Below are positions 9,291 through 17,976 of a stretch of DNA of 64,000 nucleotides, one piece after another. Below the pieces are notes generated by a model. It saw nothing but the letters and a program-made list of their open reading frames with translations. It was not told the origin of the DNA and ran no database searches. Made by a program: the position numbers and the translations under genes. The stretch is from positions 60,848-124,847 of the forward strand of contig JBPOGH010000015.1 in assembly GCA_051252135.1 (NCBI GenBank), read 5' to 3'. Positions within the stretch are counted from its first letter, which is position 1. Every line of letters starts with the position of its first letter. The DNA comes from Verrucomicrobiaceae bacterium. Its GTDB lineage: Bacteria; Verrucomicrobiota; Verrucomicrobiia; Verrucomicrobiales; Akkermansiaceae.

Positions 9291-12200
9291 TTATCTGCCC
9301 TCCTTTTCGGCAAGAATATCCTTCATCGACTTGGTTTCTGAACTGGCCTCATATTCATCGACCAGTGACTGAACAGCATTCCATGAGGCAAGCTCGGATT
9401 CGTTCAGCTTGTTCTTGAACGTCTTGGTGCGATCAAGCCACTTCCAACCTTCTTCATAAACCTTCTGACGGTCGGAAACTCCATTGGGGCCGGAACCATT
9501 GCGATCCCAAAGCAACTCCATCCAACGCTTGATGGCCGGTCCGGAAACCTTCACATACCCGGGAGCAGTTGCCCAAATCTGCGCGTAGATCGCAATCGCG
9601 TCCTCGGCCTTGCCCAATTCATCGTAGGATTGTGCCACCAACAGGCGCACATCCGCACCATTTTTGCGGAACTTCGTATTGGAAAGATACTCACGGCCGC
9701 GCTTGATCGCCGAATCGTATTCACCTCGGGCGAAATCGATGGTCACGATGCGATAGAGCGCCTTCTCCTGCTCCGAACTCTTATCCGAATCCTTGTAAAC
9801 CCGGTCGAGAGTCTCAACAGCACGCTTCTGGTCCGCCTCGCTGCCCATTCCGAGAACATCAGCCAGACCGAACAGCGCGGGGAATTGGTAGGACTTGTCA
9901 TCCCGGGAGAGTGCGGCCTCGTAGTAGGTCTTGGCCTGCGTCGGTGAGGTGGTCTTCTCGCGGAGGAAATCACCCACATTAACAAGAATGTAATTCGAGA
10001 GGTCCTTCGGATCAAAGTCGGTCTTCAACTCGTTGAAGAGCACCTTGATCATCGCTTGCGACCTGCTGATCTCGTCTCCGTCTTGCTCCTTCTCGGCAGC
10101 AGCAAGCTTATCTTCGAAAACCCCAATCACCGCAATCCGCAGAAGCGCACGGCTGGCCTGATCGCGGATATCGATTCCGGGGAAGGCATAGTAGTGATCC
10201 TTCAGTTCCTCGGCCGTGTGCTCGGTGAGGTAAGCTTCGGTATAAGAACCGATCGCCTCTTCGAGACCCGGAGTTCCATCGATTTTGGAAAGCTCCGCAA
10301 TCACACCTTGAAGCCGCTGAAGCCCTTCCTCAATCCGGTTTGCCGCCCGCATGGCAGGCAATCCGCTCACCGCAACTTGCGCCCGATACGGCGAATCACT
10401 GTAGTCCTTCCAGAATTGGTCATAGAATGGCAGCGCATCCTGAATGGCCTCGTTGTCCTTCCCGTCCACTTTCTCCTGACCCAGAATGGTCACGATGTAG
10501 AGCAAGCTTTCTCCTGCCACGATCTTGTTCTCCTTGGTCTCGGCAAGGGCCAGAGCCCGCTTGTAATAATCGAGGGCCTCGGCCGGCTTCTCGATATTCT
10601 CCAGAATGTTCCCCTTGAGCGCGTAAAGTGACTCCATTGCATCGAAGCCTGGGAAATCACCTTCAACCCGGTTCAACTTTTCCAACGCGGGCTCATATTC
10701 CTCTTCGGAAAAGTGGCAGTTCGCCCGATCGAACAACGCAAAGGGCAGATAGGGATTCCCGGCAGCATCAGGATACTCCTTGAGGAAGGCGTCAAGCAAA
10801 GCCGCTGACTTCGTCCAGTAGTTGAGGCGGTAGAGGTTCGATGCCTGGAAATAAAGTGCGGCACGTCGACGATGCTTTTTCGCCTCCGGGTAGGTCTTCA
10901 CATGCTCGTCGAGGAGCGGTTGGGCATCATCAAACTTCGCGGTGTAATGGTAGCTTCCACCCAGAACAAAGAGACAAATGTCATGCTGCTCGGATGGCTT
11001 GGGAAGCTTATCGATCATCGTCTTGGCGACCTCGATGCACTTCTCCCACTCACCGTTCCAGAAAAGGCTGGAAAGAGTCAGTCGGCGAACTTCTTCCGCA
11101 TACTCGCTGTTTGGGAACGCCGCAAGGAACCGGCTGCCGTACTTCTCCGTCGTGAGCACCTCGCCAATTAGCGAAGACGTTCTCACCAGATTATAGAGGT
11201 TCTTCTCACGTGCCGGCCCCAATTTCTTCTCCCGATAGATTTGGGCATTGGGAAAATACCGCTCCAGCTGTTCGTAAACGGCGAATGCTCCACGAACATT
11301 CCCGTCGTCCTCGTGCAGCACTGCTGTGTTGAGATAGGCGTAAATTTCATTCATCTCGCCGGAATCATAAGCCGTGGTGAGCGCTTCCAAATCAGCCTCC
11401 AGGGCCGACTTGTTCACCACCTTGGACCCGTCCCTGATCGTCCGGTCATACGACCCCACCATCTGAAGCCGGGCCTTCACATCATCAATAGCCTCGCTCG
11501 TGCTGGGAACCAACGAATAGAGCTCAAAGGAGGAACGCATCATTCCCGCACCCTTGGCGTCGAATGCCAGCTTCATGAAGAGCGGCGCAAATTCGTAGGC
11601 CTCAAAGGGATCCAGTTTGATATGACCGCGGTTCTTGGAAATAAAATCAAGCAATGCCGCCTCATCATTCTTTTCGATCACCGCCTCAACCAACGCATGG
11701 AAGCTGAGCATGATGCTCTTGTTGGGAGTCGGAAAGGTGCGCTTGTTGGTGATCGCCGTCTCAAGATACTTGCTCCCTTCATCAAGCTTGCGAAGCTTGA
11801 AGTGGCAAATCGCCATATTGGTGTAAAACACCCCGGGATTCATTTTGTCCCGCGTGCGGTCGCGCTCCGCGAGAAACTTCTTATACATTTTAATCGCCGT
11901 ATCCCATTCCTCGGCACCTTTGGCCGCATGACCCCAATACAGGAGGGACTTCTTGTGATACATGTTCATGCTCTGCTCCTCCCCACCCTTGCCGTTGGGA
12001 TACTTCTTGTAGCATTTCTCGAACGATTTCATCGCCGCGTCATACTGCCCGAGCATCATCTCGCAGTAGCCGCGATTGTACCAAAATGAACCAAACCGGG
12101 GACCAAAGAGCGTGAGTGCCCGACCGTCATAGGTGTCGGTCGCTGTCGTCAATATGGCGAGCGCCTCGGCCCACTTTCCGGCCTTCATCGCCGTGATCGA

Positions 12201-12308
12201 GTTGGTGTGTAATTCGCGAATGGCCTGCCCTTGGGCTGGCGCAACAAACAAGCCGAGAGCCACGAACAGGAGGCCCAATTTACGGCGGAGATTCATTTTT
12301 GAGGTCAT
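9291..12308 (-). CDS. Large secreted tetratricopeptide-repeat protein (1005 aa)
   Basis: Signal peptide ending AQG; many TPR motifs (WYNRGYCEMMLGQYDAAMKSFEKC; ALFDRANCHFSEEEYEPALEKL). Confidence 0.88.
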   Translation of the reverse strand: MTSKMNLRRKLGLLFVALGLFVAPAQGQAIRELHTNSITAMKAGKWAEALAILTTATDTYDGRALTLFGPRFGSFWYNRGYCEMMLGQYDAAMKSFEKCYKKYPNGKGGEEQSMNMYHKKSLLYWGHAAKGAEEWDTAIKMYKKFLAERDRTRDKMNPGVFYTNMAICHFKLRKLDEGSKYLETAITNKRTFPTPNKSIMLSFHALVEAVIEKNDEAALLDFISKNRGHIKLDPFEAYEFAPLFMKLAFDAKGAGMMRSSFELYSLVPSTSEAIDDVKARLQMVGSYDRTIRDGSKVVNKSALEADLEALTTAYDSGEMNEIYAYLNTAVLHEDDGNVRGAFAVYEQLERYFPNAQIYREKKLGPAREKNLYNLVRTSSLIGEVLTTEKYGSRFLAAFPNSEYAEEVRRLTLSSLFWNGEWEKCIEVAKTMIDKLPKPSEQHDICLFVLGGSYHYTAKFDDAQPLLDEHVKTYPEAKKHRRRAALYFQASNLYRLNYWTKSAALLDAFLKEYPDAAGNPYLPFALFDRANCHFSEEEYEPALEKLNRVEGDFPGFDAMESLYALKGNILENIEKPAEALDYYKRALALAETKENKIVAGESLLYIVTILGQEKVDGKDNEAIQDALPFYDQFWKDYSDSPYRAQVAVSGLPAMRAANRIEEGLQRLQGVIAELSKIDGTPGLEEAIGSYTEAYLTEHTAEELKDHYYAFPGIDIRDQASRALLRIAVIGVFEDKLAAAEKEQDGDEISRSQAMIKVLFNELKTDFDPKDLSNYILVNVGDFLREKTTSPTQAKTYYEAALSRDDKSYQFPALFGLADVLGMGSEADQKRAVETLDRVYKDSDKSSEQEKALYRIVTIDFARGEYDSAIKRGREYLSNTKFRKNGADVRLLVAQSYDELGKAEDAIAIYAQIWATAPGYVKVSGPAIKRWMELLWDRNGSGPNGVSDRQKVYEEGWKWLDRTKTFKNKLNESELASWNAVQSLVDEYEASSETKSMKDILAEKEGR

Positions 12309-12337
12309 GGGAAATGATGGGGTGTGTTGTTGAGAAC

Positions 12338-12367
12338 GAAAGGCTGCTGAGGACCCAGCAGCCTTTC
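12338..12367 (-). terminator. Intra-operonic stem-loop (weak terminator or mRNA stabiliser)
   Basis: Perfect 12-bp stem GAAAGGCTGCTG/CAGCAGCCTTTC with a 6-nt loop between exbD and the TPR gene; U-tail is weak. Confidence 0.6.
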
Positions 12368-12426
12368 AGCATAAAAGTTAACGATTGGTGGAGGAAAACT
12401 CTTAGAGTCTCCCCCGTTAAAAGGTC

Positions 12427-12900
12427 TTAATCCTCAGGGTCAATGAGGTCGGTAAATGTCACCTTGGAGATCTTGGTCGCTGCAAGGGCATTGAGGATGT
12501 CGATCACCCGCTGCTGGCGGGCATCGGCCTCCACATAGACCTGAACAACCGGTTCCTGCGTGCTGCTGTCAGCCGCACTCTTGTAGGTCTCAAGAAGTGG
12601 CAGAAGATTGGGAAGGGTCCGGGCATCCGGATCGGATTCCACCAGCTGCTCGGGAGCTCCGTCGGAACGAATCGAGATGTATCCGTTCGCTTCCAGCTTG
12701 ATGAAAAACGGACGGATCTCAGGTGGAGTGTCGGATGGAGCCACCGAAGGAAGCGCCATGTCGATATCCTGCTCCTTCTTAACAATCGTGGTGGTCACGA
12801 TAAAGTAAATGAGGAGGAGAAAACAGACGTCAATCAGGGACGAAATATCCAAACCTGGTTCGTCCTCATCGGGAGGAACCATTTGTTTATGGCGGGCCAT
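12427..12900 (-). CDS. exbD: Biopolymer transporter ExbD/TolR family protein
   Basis: ISSLIDVCFLLLIYF TM segment with the conserved Asp; C-terminal periplasmic domain. Confidence 0.9.
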   Translation of the reverse strand: MARHKQMVPPDEDEPGLDISSLIDVCFLLLIYFIVTTTIVKKEQDIDMALPSVAPSDTPPEIRPFFIKLEANGYISIRSDGAPEQLVESDPDARTLPNLLPLLETYKSAADSSTQEPVVQVYVEADARQQRVIDILNALAATKISKVTFTDLIDPED

Positions 12901-12922
12901 ATCAGTATTTTAAAGTTTTGGG

Positions 12923-13372
12923 TTATTCAACAACGTAGGCTCCAAAGACCACTTCACTCACACCAACCCGGGCTCCGGCCCGAATCACACGACGACAATA
13001 TTTAAAGACCGCGTCCTGGTCGCCTCGAATGTGGAGACGGGGAGTGTGACCCACATTATCAACCGCTTCCTTGTTGGTCTTGATGTAATCTTCAATATCC
13101 TCGTCAGACGTCAGGACCGTGTTGAAATCCTCGGCACGGATTCCTCCGTCCTCGTGAATATTCACCACAATCTTGCCATACTTCACCTTCGGAGTTTTGG
13201 CAGCGCTGGCGATGGGAGGCTTGACCTTGGGATCGATCTTGATCGTCTTGGGGTTGGATACCACCAGGAAGAACAGAAGGAGCAGGAAGACCATGTCGAT
13301 CATGGGCGACATGTCCATATTGCCCTCATCAAGATCGGGCTTGTTTGCATTTCGCAGTTTATTGGAGGCCAT
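12923..13372 (-). CDS. exbD: Biopolymer transporter ExbD/TolR family protein
   Basis: MSPMIDMVFLLLLFF TM segment with the conserved Asp; IRGD motif. Confidence 0.92.
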   Translation of the reverse strand: MASNKLRNANKPDLDEGNMDMSPMIDMVFLLLLFFLVVSNPKTIKIDPKVKPPIASAAKTPKVKYGKIVVNIHEDGGIRAEDFNTVLTSDEDIEDYIKTNKEAVDNVGHTPRLHIRGDQDAVFKYCRRVIRAGARVGVSEVVFGAYVVE

Positions 13373-13428
13373 TGTTTCAGATTGGAATTTTGGTGTTCAA
13401 CAGTGAGGGAGCTGGACGCCCCCAGGGG

Positions 13429-14208
13429 TTAAACGGCAATCCCCTCTGGAATCTTAGCCAGATGCGCGTCAGCGTTAACGGTCTGGATCGACGCATTGAT
13501 GAGGTTCTCGGCAGTTCCGTGACAATCGGCAACAAGTGAGTTGAAGCGGTTCTTGAAAAAGAAGTAAGCGAAGAGAGCCAAAATCGCGACAATCAGTCCC
13601 CACATCGTGGTCAAAAGAGCAATCGAAATCGATGCCGCCAACTCACTGGGGTCAGCCGAGTTGTTTTGCGCCAAAGTTCCGAACGCCTTAATCATACCAA
13701 ACACAGTTCCGAACAGTCCCAACATGGGAGCTGCCTGGGCAACAAGCGAGAGGAGGTTGATGAAAGTCATCTGCTTGCGGGTCTCGTTGATCGAGAAGTC
13801 GGCAATGGCATCCTCAACGTGGTCGCGACCAAGGTCCTCGGGACGGGTAGCATCGATGTTGGGAAGTGAGTAGGCAAGCATGCGGCCCAAGTAGCTGGGG
13901 TGGGAAGCGGAAAGCTCAATCGCCGAGCGCACGCGGCAATTCACCATGTGGTCATGAAGCGCACCCTTCAAATCATCAGGCGCATACTTGGCCTTGGTGA
14001 GGTTCATGAAATTGAAGACAGAAAGTCCGATCAGGGAAAGCAATCCCACCGCGACGATAAAAAGTGTAAGAGGTCCCCCATCAAGAAGGTAACTGTCTAG
14101 AGCGGTTGGTTCCTTGTCAGCAGCCATTGCGGAGCTGGAAGCAAGAATCGTCATTACGGAGCCAATGTTCCAAACGTTGGCTTTGGGAAGGGACGTTTTG
14201 AGTGTCAT
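13429..14208 (-). CDS. MotA/TolQ/ExbB proton channel family protein
   Basis: AAPMLGLFGTVFGMIKAF and ISIALLTTMWGLIVAI. Start placed at ATG 14208; the ORF extends to 14298. Confidence 0.92.
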   Translation of the reverse strand: MTLKTSLPKANVWNIGSVMTILASSSAMAADKEPTALDSYLLDGGPLTLFIVAVGLLSLIGLSVFNFMNLTKAKYAPDDLKGALHDHMVNCRVRSAIELSASHPSYLGRMLAYSLPNIDATRPEDLGRDHVEDAIADFSINETRKQMTFINLLSLVAQAAPMLGLFGTVFGMIKAFGTLAQNNSADPSELAASISIALLTTMWGLIVAILALFAYFFFKNRFNSLVADCHGTAENLINASIQTVNADAHLAKIPEGIAV

Positions 14209-14410
14209 GTTTTTAAGGTTTCGAGTGGTGTGAATTCGACTGGTATTCTGGAAATGAGACTGGTCGAGTAAAGGAGCAATTTCCAATTTGTGACTCAATT
14301 TGTAGTCCTTGCAGGCTTGACAGGGAACACTTCACCCAAGATCGGACTTTCGGAAACCCAAAAGGCTGCGACCCAATCCCCCGAGGATCTTGAATGTGCA
14401 CCGGAAGGCG

Positions 14411-15064
14411 TCAGGATTTCTTGGTCTCTACCGGATGACGTCTCTTCGGATAGAGGTGGGTGCAAATTTCACAGATCGTTCCGTCACACCCTCGCGCCGA
14501 GCAAAAATCCCTCCCGTAAAAAATAATCTGAAGGTGAAGCTTGTTCCATAGCTCCTTCGGAAAGAGCTTCTTCAAATCCCTTTCGGTTTGCACAACACTC
14601 CGCCCGGAGGTCAACCCCCACCTCTGCGCAAGCCGATGGATATGGGTATCGACCGGAAATGCCGGCACTCCAAAGGCCTGTGCCATCACCACCGATGCCG
14701 TTTTGTGCCCCACTCCGGGTAGGCGCTCCAAAGCCTCCATGTCAGCCGGGACTTCGCCCCCGTGCTCCGCAATCAGAATCTCGGAAAGCCCTTTAATCGA
14801 TTTTGCCTTTCGAGGAGCCAACCCACAGGGCCTCACATGCCCGTCGATTTCCTCCACCGAAAGGCGGCTCATTTTCTCGGCACTATCCGCCTTCGTAAAA
14901 AGCGATGGAGTCTGCAGATTCACTCTTTTATCCGTACATTGCGCTGACAAGAGAACCGCAACCAGAAGCGTAAAAGGATTGGTATGATCAAGCGGGACCG
15001 GAGTCTCCGGATAAAGCTCCTCCAACCGCCTCATAACATACTCTGCTCTCTCTTTCTTCAGCAT
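14411..15064 (-). CDS. nth: Endonuclease III
   Basis: LLVAVLLSAQCTDKRVN, HhH LPGVGHKTA, VDTHIHR, C-terminal 4-Cys Fe-S motif. Confidence 0.95.
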   Translation of the reverse strand: MLKKERAEYVMRRLEELYPETPVPLDHTNPFTLLVAVLLSAQCTDKRVNLQTPSLFTKADSAEKMSRLSVEEIDGHVRPCGLAPRKAKSIKGLSEILIAEHGGEVPADMEALERLPGVGHKTASVVMAQAFGVPAFPVDTHIHRLAQRWGLTSGRSVVQTERDLKKLFPKELWNKLHLQIIFYGRDFCSARGCDGTICEICTHLYPKRRHPVETKKS

Positions 15065-15099
15065 GGAAAAACCTCATCCGGATTGGGGTTTAGGGCCAC

Positions 15100-15137
15100 A
15101 AAAAAGCGGGCCGGCCATCAATGGCAGACCCGCTTTT
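15100..15137 (-). terminator. Intrinsic terminator (bidirectional-looking) after the 3D-domain gene
   Basis: AAAAAAGCGGG..GCCAT-CA-ATGGC..CCCGCTTTT. Confidence 0.75.
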
Positions 15138-15156
15138 GAAATCGTTCGACTCTGCC

Positions 15157-15849
15157 CTAGTTGGCAGCAACCTGCCCGCTGTCGAGCTTGGCCTTGGCCG
15201 CGTAATACATCTTGCGGGTATGGCTGTAACCACGGCGCCCTTTAAGGATGTTCACCGTCCGCTGCATCGATCCCCACTGGATCACCGTGATCTCGGCCTT
15301 GCGGGTCCCCCAACGACGCATCGAGCTGAGGTTGGGGTGGTAAATATCAATCGTATTGGTCCCGGCAAGCGCCGAACCATAGTCGTCCACCACGTAAGTG
15401 TAGGGCAGCCCTTTGATCTTAAACTTGGTTCCCACTGGATACTGGGACCAATCAGCTGCGGCACTTCGCACCTGACCGTATTTCAAATTCGTCCCGATTG
15501 CGTTCTTCATCCAGGGAGCCCCAACCTCCATCTCCTCATGGGAATAGGCTGTCGTCCGCACCACCCGATTCCGCGATGAGTGGCTGTAGGTAGGCATCCC
15601 GTGCTTGTCACGGGGCAGTCCCGCGGACCTTTCCACCACAGTGGTGGAAACCTTGGCTGGATGAAAACCATTGGGGCTTCCGGCTGAAAAACCGGAGGAC
15701 ACCGCTGTAGCTTCTGAACTGGATGCCACCTTCGAGGTAGTCCGATCATGGATGCCGCTTCCCTCGAATACTGTGTTGTCGAATTCCCCACAACTGGAGA
15801 AAAGAAGACTGATTGCGATACTGATCATGGCTGCAATTTTCATATTCAT
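15157..15849 (-). CDS. 3D-domain lipoprotein (putative lytic transglycosylase-like)
   Basis: Lipobox-like FSSC; TTAY, AAADW, VVDDYG and TIDIY (three conserved Asp). Start placed at MNMK. Confidence 0.85.
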   Translation of the reverse strand: MNMKIAAMISIAISLLFSSCGEFDNTVFEGSGIHDRTTSKVASSSEATAVSSGFSAGSPNGFHPAKVSTTVVERSAGLPRDKHGMPTYSHSSRNRVVRTTAYSHEEMEVGAPWMKNAIGTNLKYGQVRSAAADWSQYPVGTKFKIKGLPYTYVVDDYGSALAGTNTIDIYHPNLSSMRRWGTRKAEITVIQWGSMQRTVNILKGRRGYSHTRKMYYAAKAKLDSGQVAAN

Positions 15850-15995
15850 GGCGGTAGGTAGGTCTGCCGCGCGGACGGCTGTTTGTCCACGACGCGCAGA
15901 TTGTCTAGTTTTTTCGAAAAGATTTGACGAGGAAATTTTGTAACCACAATCCCCCGTTTTTAGGGAAAAATGCCGGAATTCATTACCCCGCAATG

Positions 15996-16024
15996 AAAAA
16001 CGACGACCCGAAGGTCGTCGTTTT
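15996..16024 (-). terminator. Intrinsic terminator after the MFS gene
   Basis: Minus strand AAAACGACGACC-TTCG-GGTCGTCGTTTTT. Confidence 0.85.
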
Positions 16025-16049
16025 GAGAATTTCCGATTTCAAGAAATCT

Positions 16050-17618
16050 TTAATGGTCCGCTGCCTGAACGGCTTTGTATCCACCTCGAGATTTAAAATA
16101 GAACGTCAGCAACAAGTAGGCGGCCAGCATAAACATCGGCAGCACTGCAATTCGTGCGAGCGCTTTTTGCTCGGCTGGTTTCGCAACTTTTTCAACAGCC
16201 TCTTTCTTTTCAGCAGGGATACTGTCGAGCTTCTCTGCATCGATGACATCATAGGACCCGAGGATATATTTATCCTGTTTGGAAATCGTCTCGTATACAC
16301 CAGGCACTTCCTTCTCAACCTCGGTTTGTGTGGATTTCGCAGTCTGGGCACCAATCCAAGGTCCTCCGATAATACCCACTGTGAGCATTCCGATTCCTGC
16401 GATTGCGTTCAAAGTGAGCGCTCCGCCTTTCGGAAACTGCTCAGCAACAACACCCAGCATTGTTGGCCAGAAGAAGGTCTTACCTACCGCATACAAAGTA
16501 GCTGCTGAGAAAATAATGATGAGACCCTGGGCCATTGAGAGCCAGAACAGGCCTAAAATTGCGAGCGCTGCGCAAATTGAAAGAAGACCAAGTGGTCCAA
16601 CTTTTTCGACAATTGGCCCCGCAAAAAAGCGGAGGAAACACATGATTGCCGAGGTGTAAATGAGCACCCACAGACCGTTATATCCGGCCTCCATAAGCGG
16701 CTCACTCATGAGACCCGTGATTGCCTCATCAGTACCAAGCTCCGTAGTTGCCAGCGGCATCATGATCAAGCAAAGGAAAATAAGGAGAGGGCGGCCAAGA
16801 CTCTTACAATAGAGCCCATAGGCAACAACTGAACCAATGAGACCGACCCAGAAGAACCAATCAGCCAAATTAAGGGTTACTTGAAGCTGCTTGAAGACGA
16901 GTCCAAAAGCGATGATTGCTCCGAGGATTCCAAACTCCGCGAGCATTTCGCGATAAGTAGTTCCAGATGCTACCCTTTCGTTCACTGGAAACTGAACCTT
17001 CAGCAACATTACGAGGTAAATGACTGCAGGAAGAGCAATCATGTAGACCAGCACACGCCAATCAGCAGCAACTTGACCTCCAAGAGCCAAGGTAATCAAC
17101 CCTCCGATCACAAGTCCACCGGGCCACCCGGCATGTAGAATGTTAAGCCATTTGGTCTTGTCCTTGCTGAACATGGTTGCAACGACAGGATTGATGAACG
17201 CTTCCACTGTTCCGTTTCCAAGTCCGAGAATAATAGACCCTGCCACCAAATAGTTGTATGCCGAAGCCTGAGCGGTTTTCAGGGCTTCACCCGTCAGTGG
17301 CTCACCACCTTGGTTGATCGTGGCATAGGCAACGAGAGCAAGAGCTGCATAAAGGGCATAGCAGACAAAGCTGAAGATCATCGCCACGCGATACCCGATT
17401 TTGTCGATGACCAGACTAAATACGATAATTGAAATCGCGAAAGGCCAGATACCATGGCCGAAGAGGACCTTGGACTGAACTCCATCGAGCCCAAATGCAG
17501 CAGGCCAAAGATCAGGATTATTAACAAGGAATGCCCGCGTAATGAAGGCAAAGGCCGTTGTTATCAGCGCAATAAAACAGCCCCAAAAAAGGGCCATATT
17601 TGGTTTTTCGTTACTCAT
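16050..17618 (-). CDS. MFS transporter (probable sugar permease)
   Basis: About 12 TM helices, DKIGYR motif A, GLGNGTVEAFINP, FFWPTML. Start placed at MSNEK. Confidence 0.88.
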   Translation of the reverse strand: MSNEKPNMALFWGCFIALITTAFAFITRAFLVNNPDLWPAAFGLDGVQSKVLFGHGIWPFAISIIVFSLVIDKIGYRVAMIFSFVCYALYAALALVAYATINQGGEPLTGEALKTAQASAYNYLVAGSIILGLGNGTVEAFINPVVATMFSKDKTKWLNILHAGWPGGLVIGGLITLALGGQVAADWRVLVYMIALPAVIYLVMLLKVQFPVNERVASGTTYREMLAEFGILGAIIAFGLVFKQLQVTLNLADWFFWVGLIGSVVAYGLYCKSLGRPLLIFLCLIMMPLATTELGTDEAITGLMSEPLMEAGYNGLWVLIYTSAIMCFLRFFAGPIVEKVGPLGLLSICAALAILGLFWLSMAQGLIIIFSAATLYAVGKTFFWPTMLGVVAEQFPKGGALTLNAIAGIGMLTVGIIGGPWIGAQTAKSTQTEVEKEVPGVYETISKQDKYILGSYDVIDAEKLDSIPAEKKEAVEKVAKPAEQKALARIAVLPMFMLAAYLLLTFYFKSRGGYKAVQAADH

Positions 17619-17728
17619 TTCTATGTGATGCGTTTCACCTCCATTAGAGAGGCTTCGGGGGAGACTGAACATTCATCCTAACAAAACAAGCTCAGGATTT
17701 ACCATTTTTTCTCTCCCGCAGCGCCTTA

Positions 17729-17918
17729 CAACAAATCAGGGCGGAACAACTTGTGTTCCGCCCTGACTTAAAATCCCACACAAACCATTTTCAGGGTTGG
17801 GAATGGGTGATGCTGAAATTTGGTCGGGCCCGAAGGCCGTCCCAGGTGGCTATTGCCACCTTATTTTTTGCGTATCTTACGACAGCAGGTTCGTAGGTGT
17901 GTGTTTTATGAACCGCTT
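17729..17918 (-). ncRNA. Candidate structured ncRNA or cis-regulatory leader ending in an intrinsic terminator
   Basis: Six consecutive hairpins on the minus strand, including GUAA and cUUCGg tetraloops and a final 12-bp stem with a U-rich tail. No credible ORF. Not matched to a known family. Confidence 0.5.
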
Positions 17919-17976
17919 GAAAATTGACGCTTTTACAAGGAGTCGACAAGGAGAAAAACAGCTATTGCGGAGACTT

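Noticed and set aside
15850..15975. Leader hairpin or c-di-AMP riboswitch upstream of the 3D-domain gene, and a TTTTCCCTAAAA match to about 56154
   Set aside because: The ydaO consensus elements are absent. A single imperfect GC hairpin and a 12-bp low-complexity match are compatible with chance.
17777..17880. Resemblance to c-di-GMP-I riboswitch, SRP RNA or 6S RNA
   Set aside because: It lacks the GAAA tetraloop/receptor and GCAAA core, the SRP GGAA-loop helix, and the single long rod of 6S. Kept only as an unassigned candidate ncRNA.
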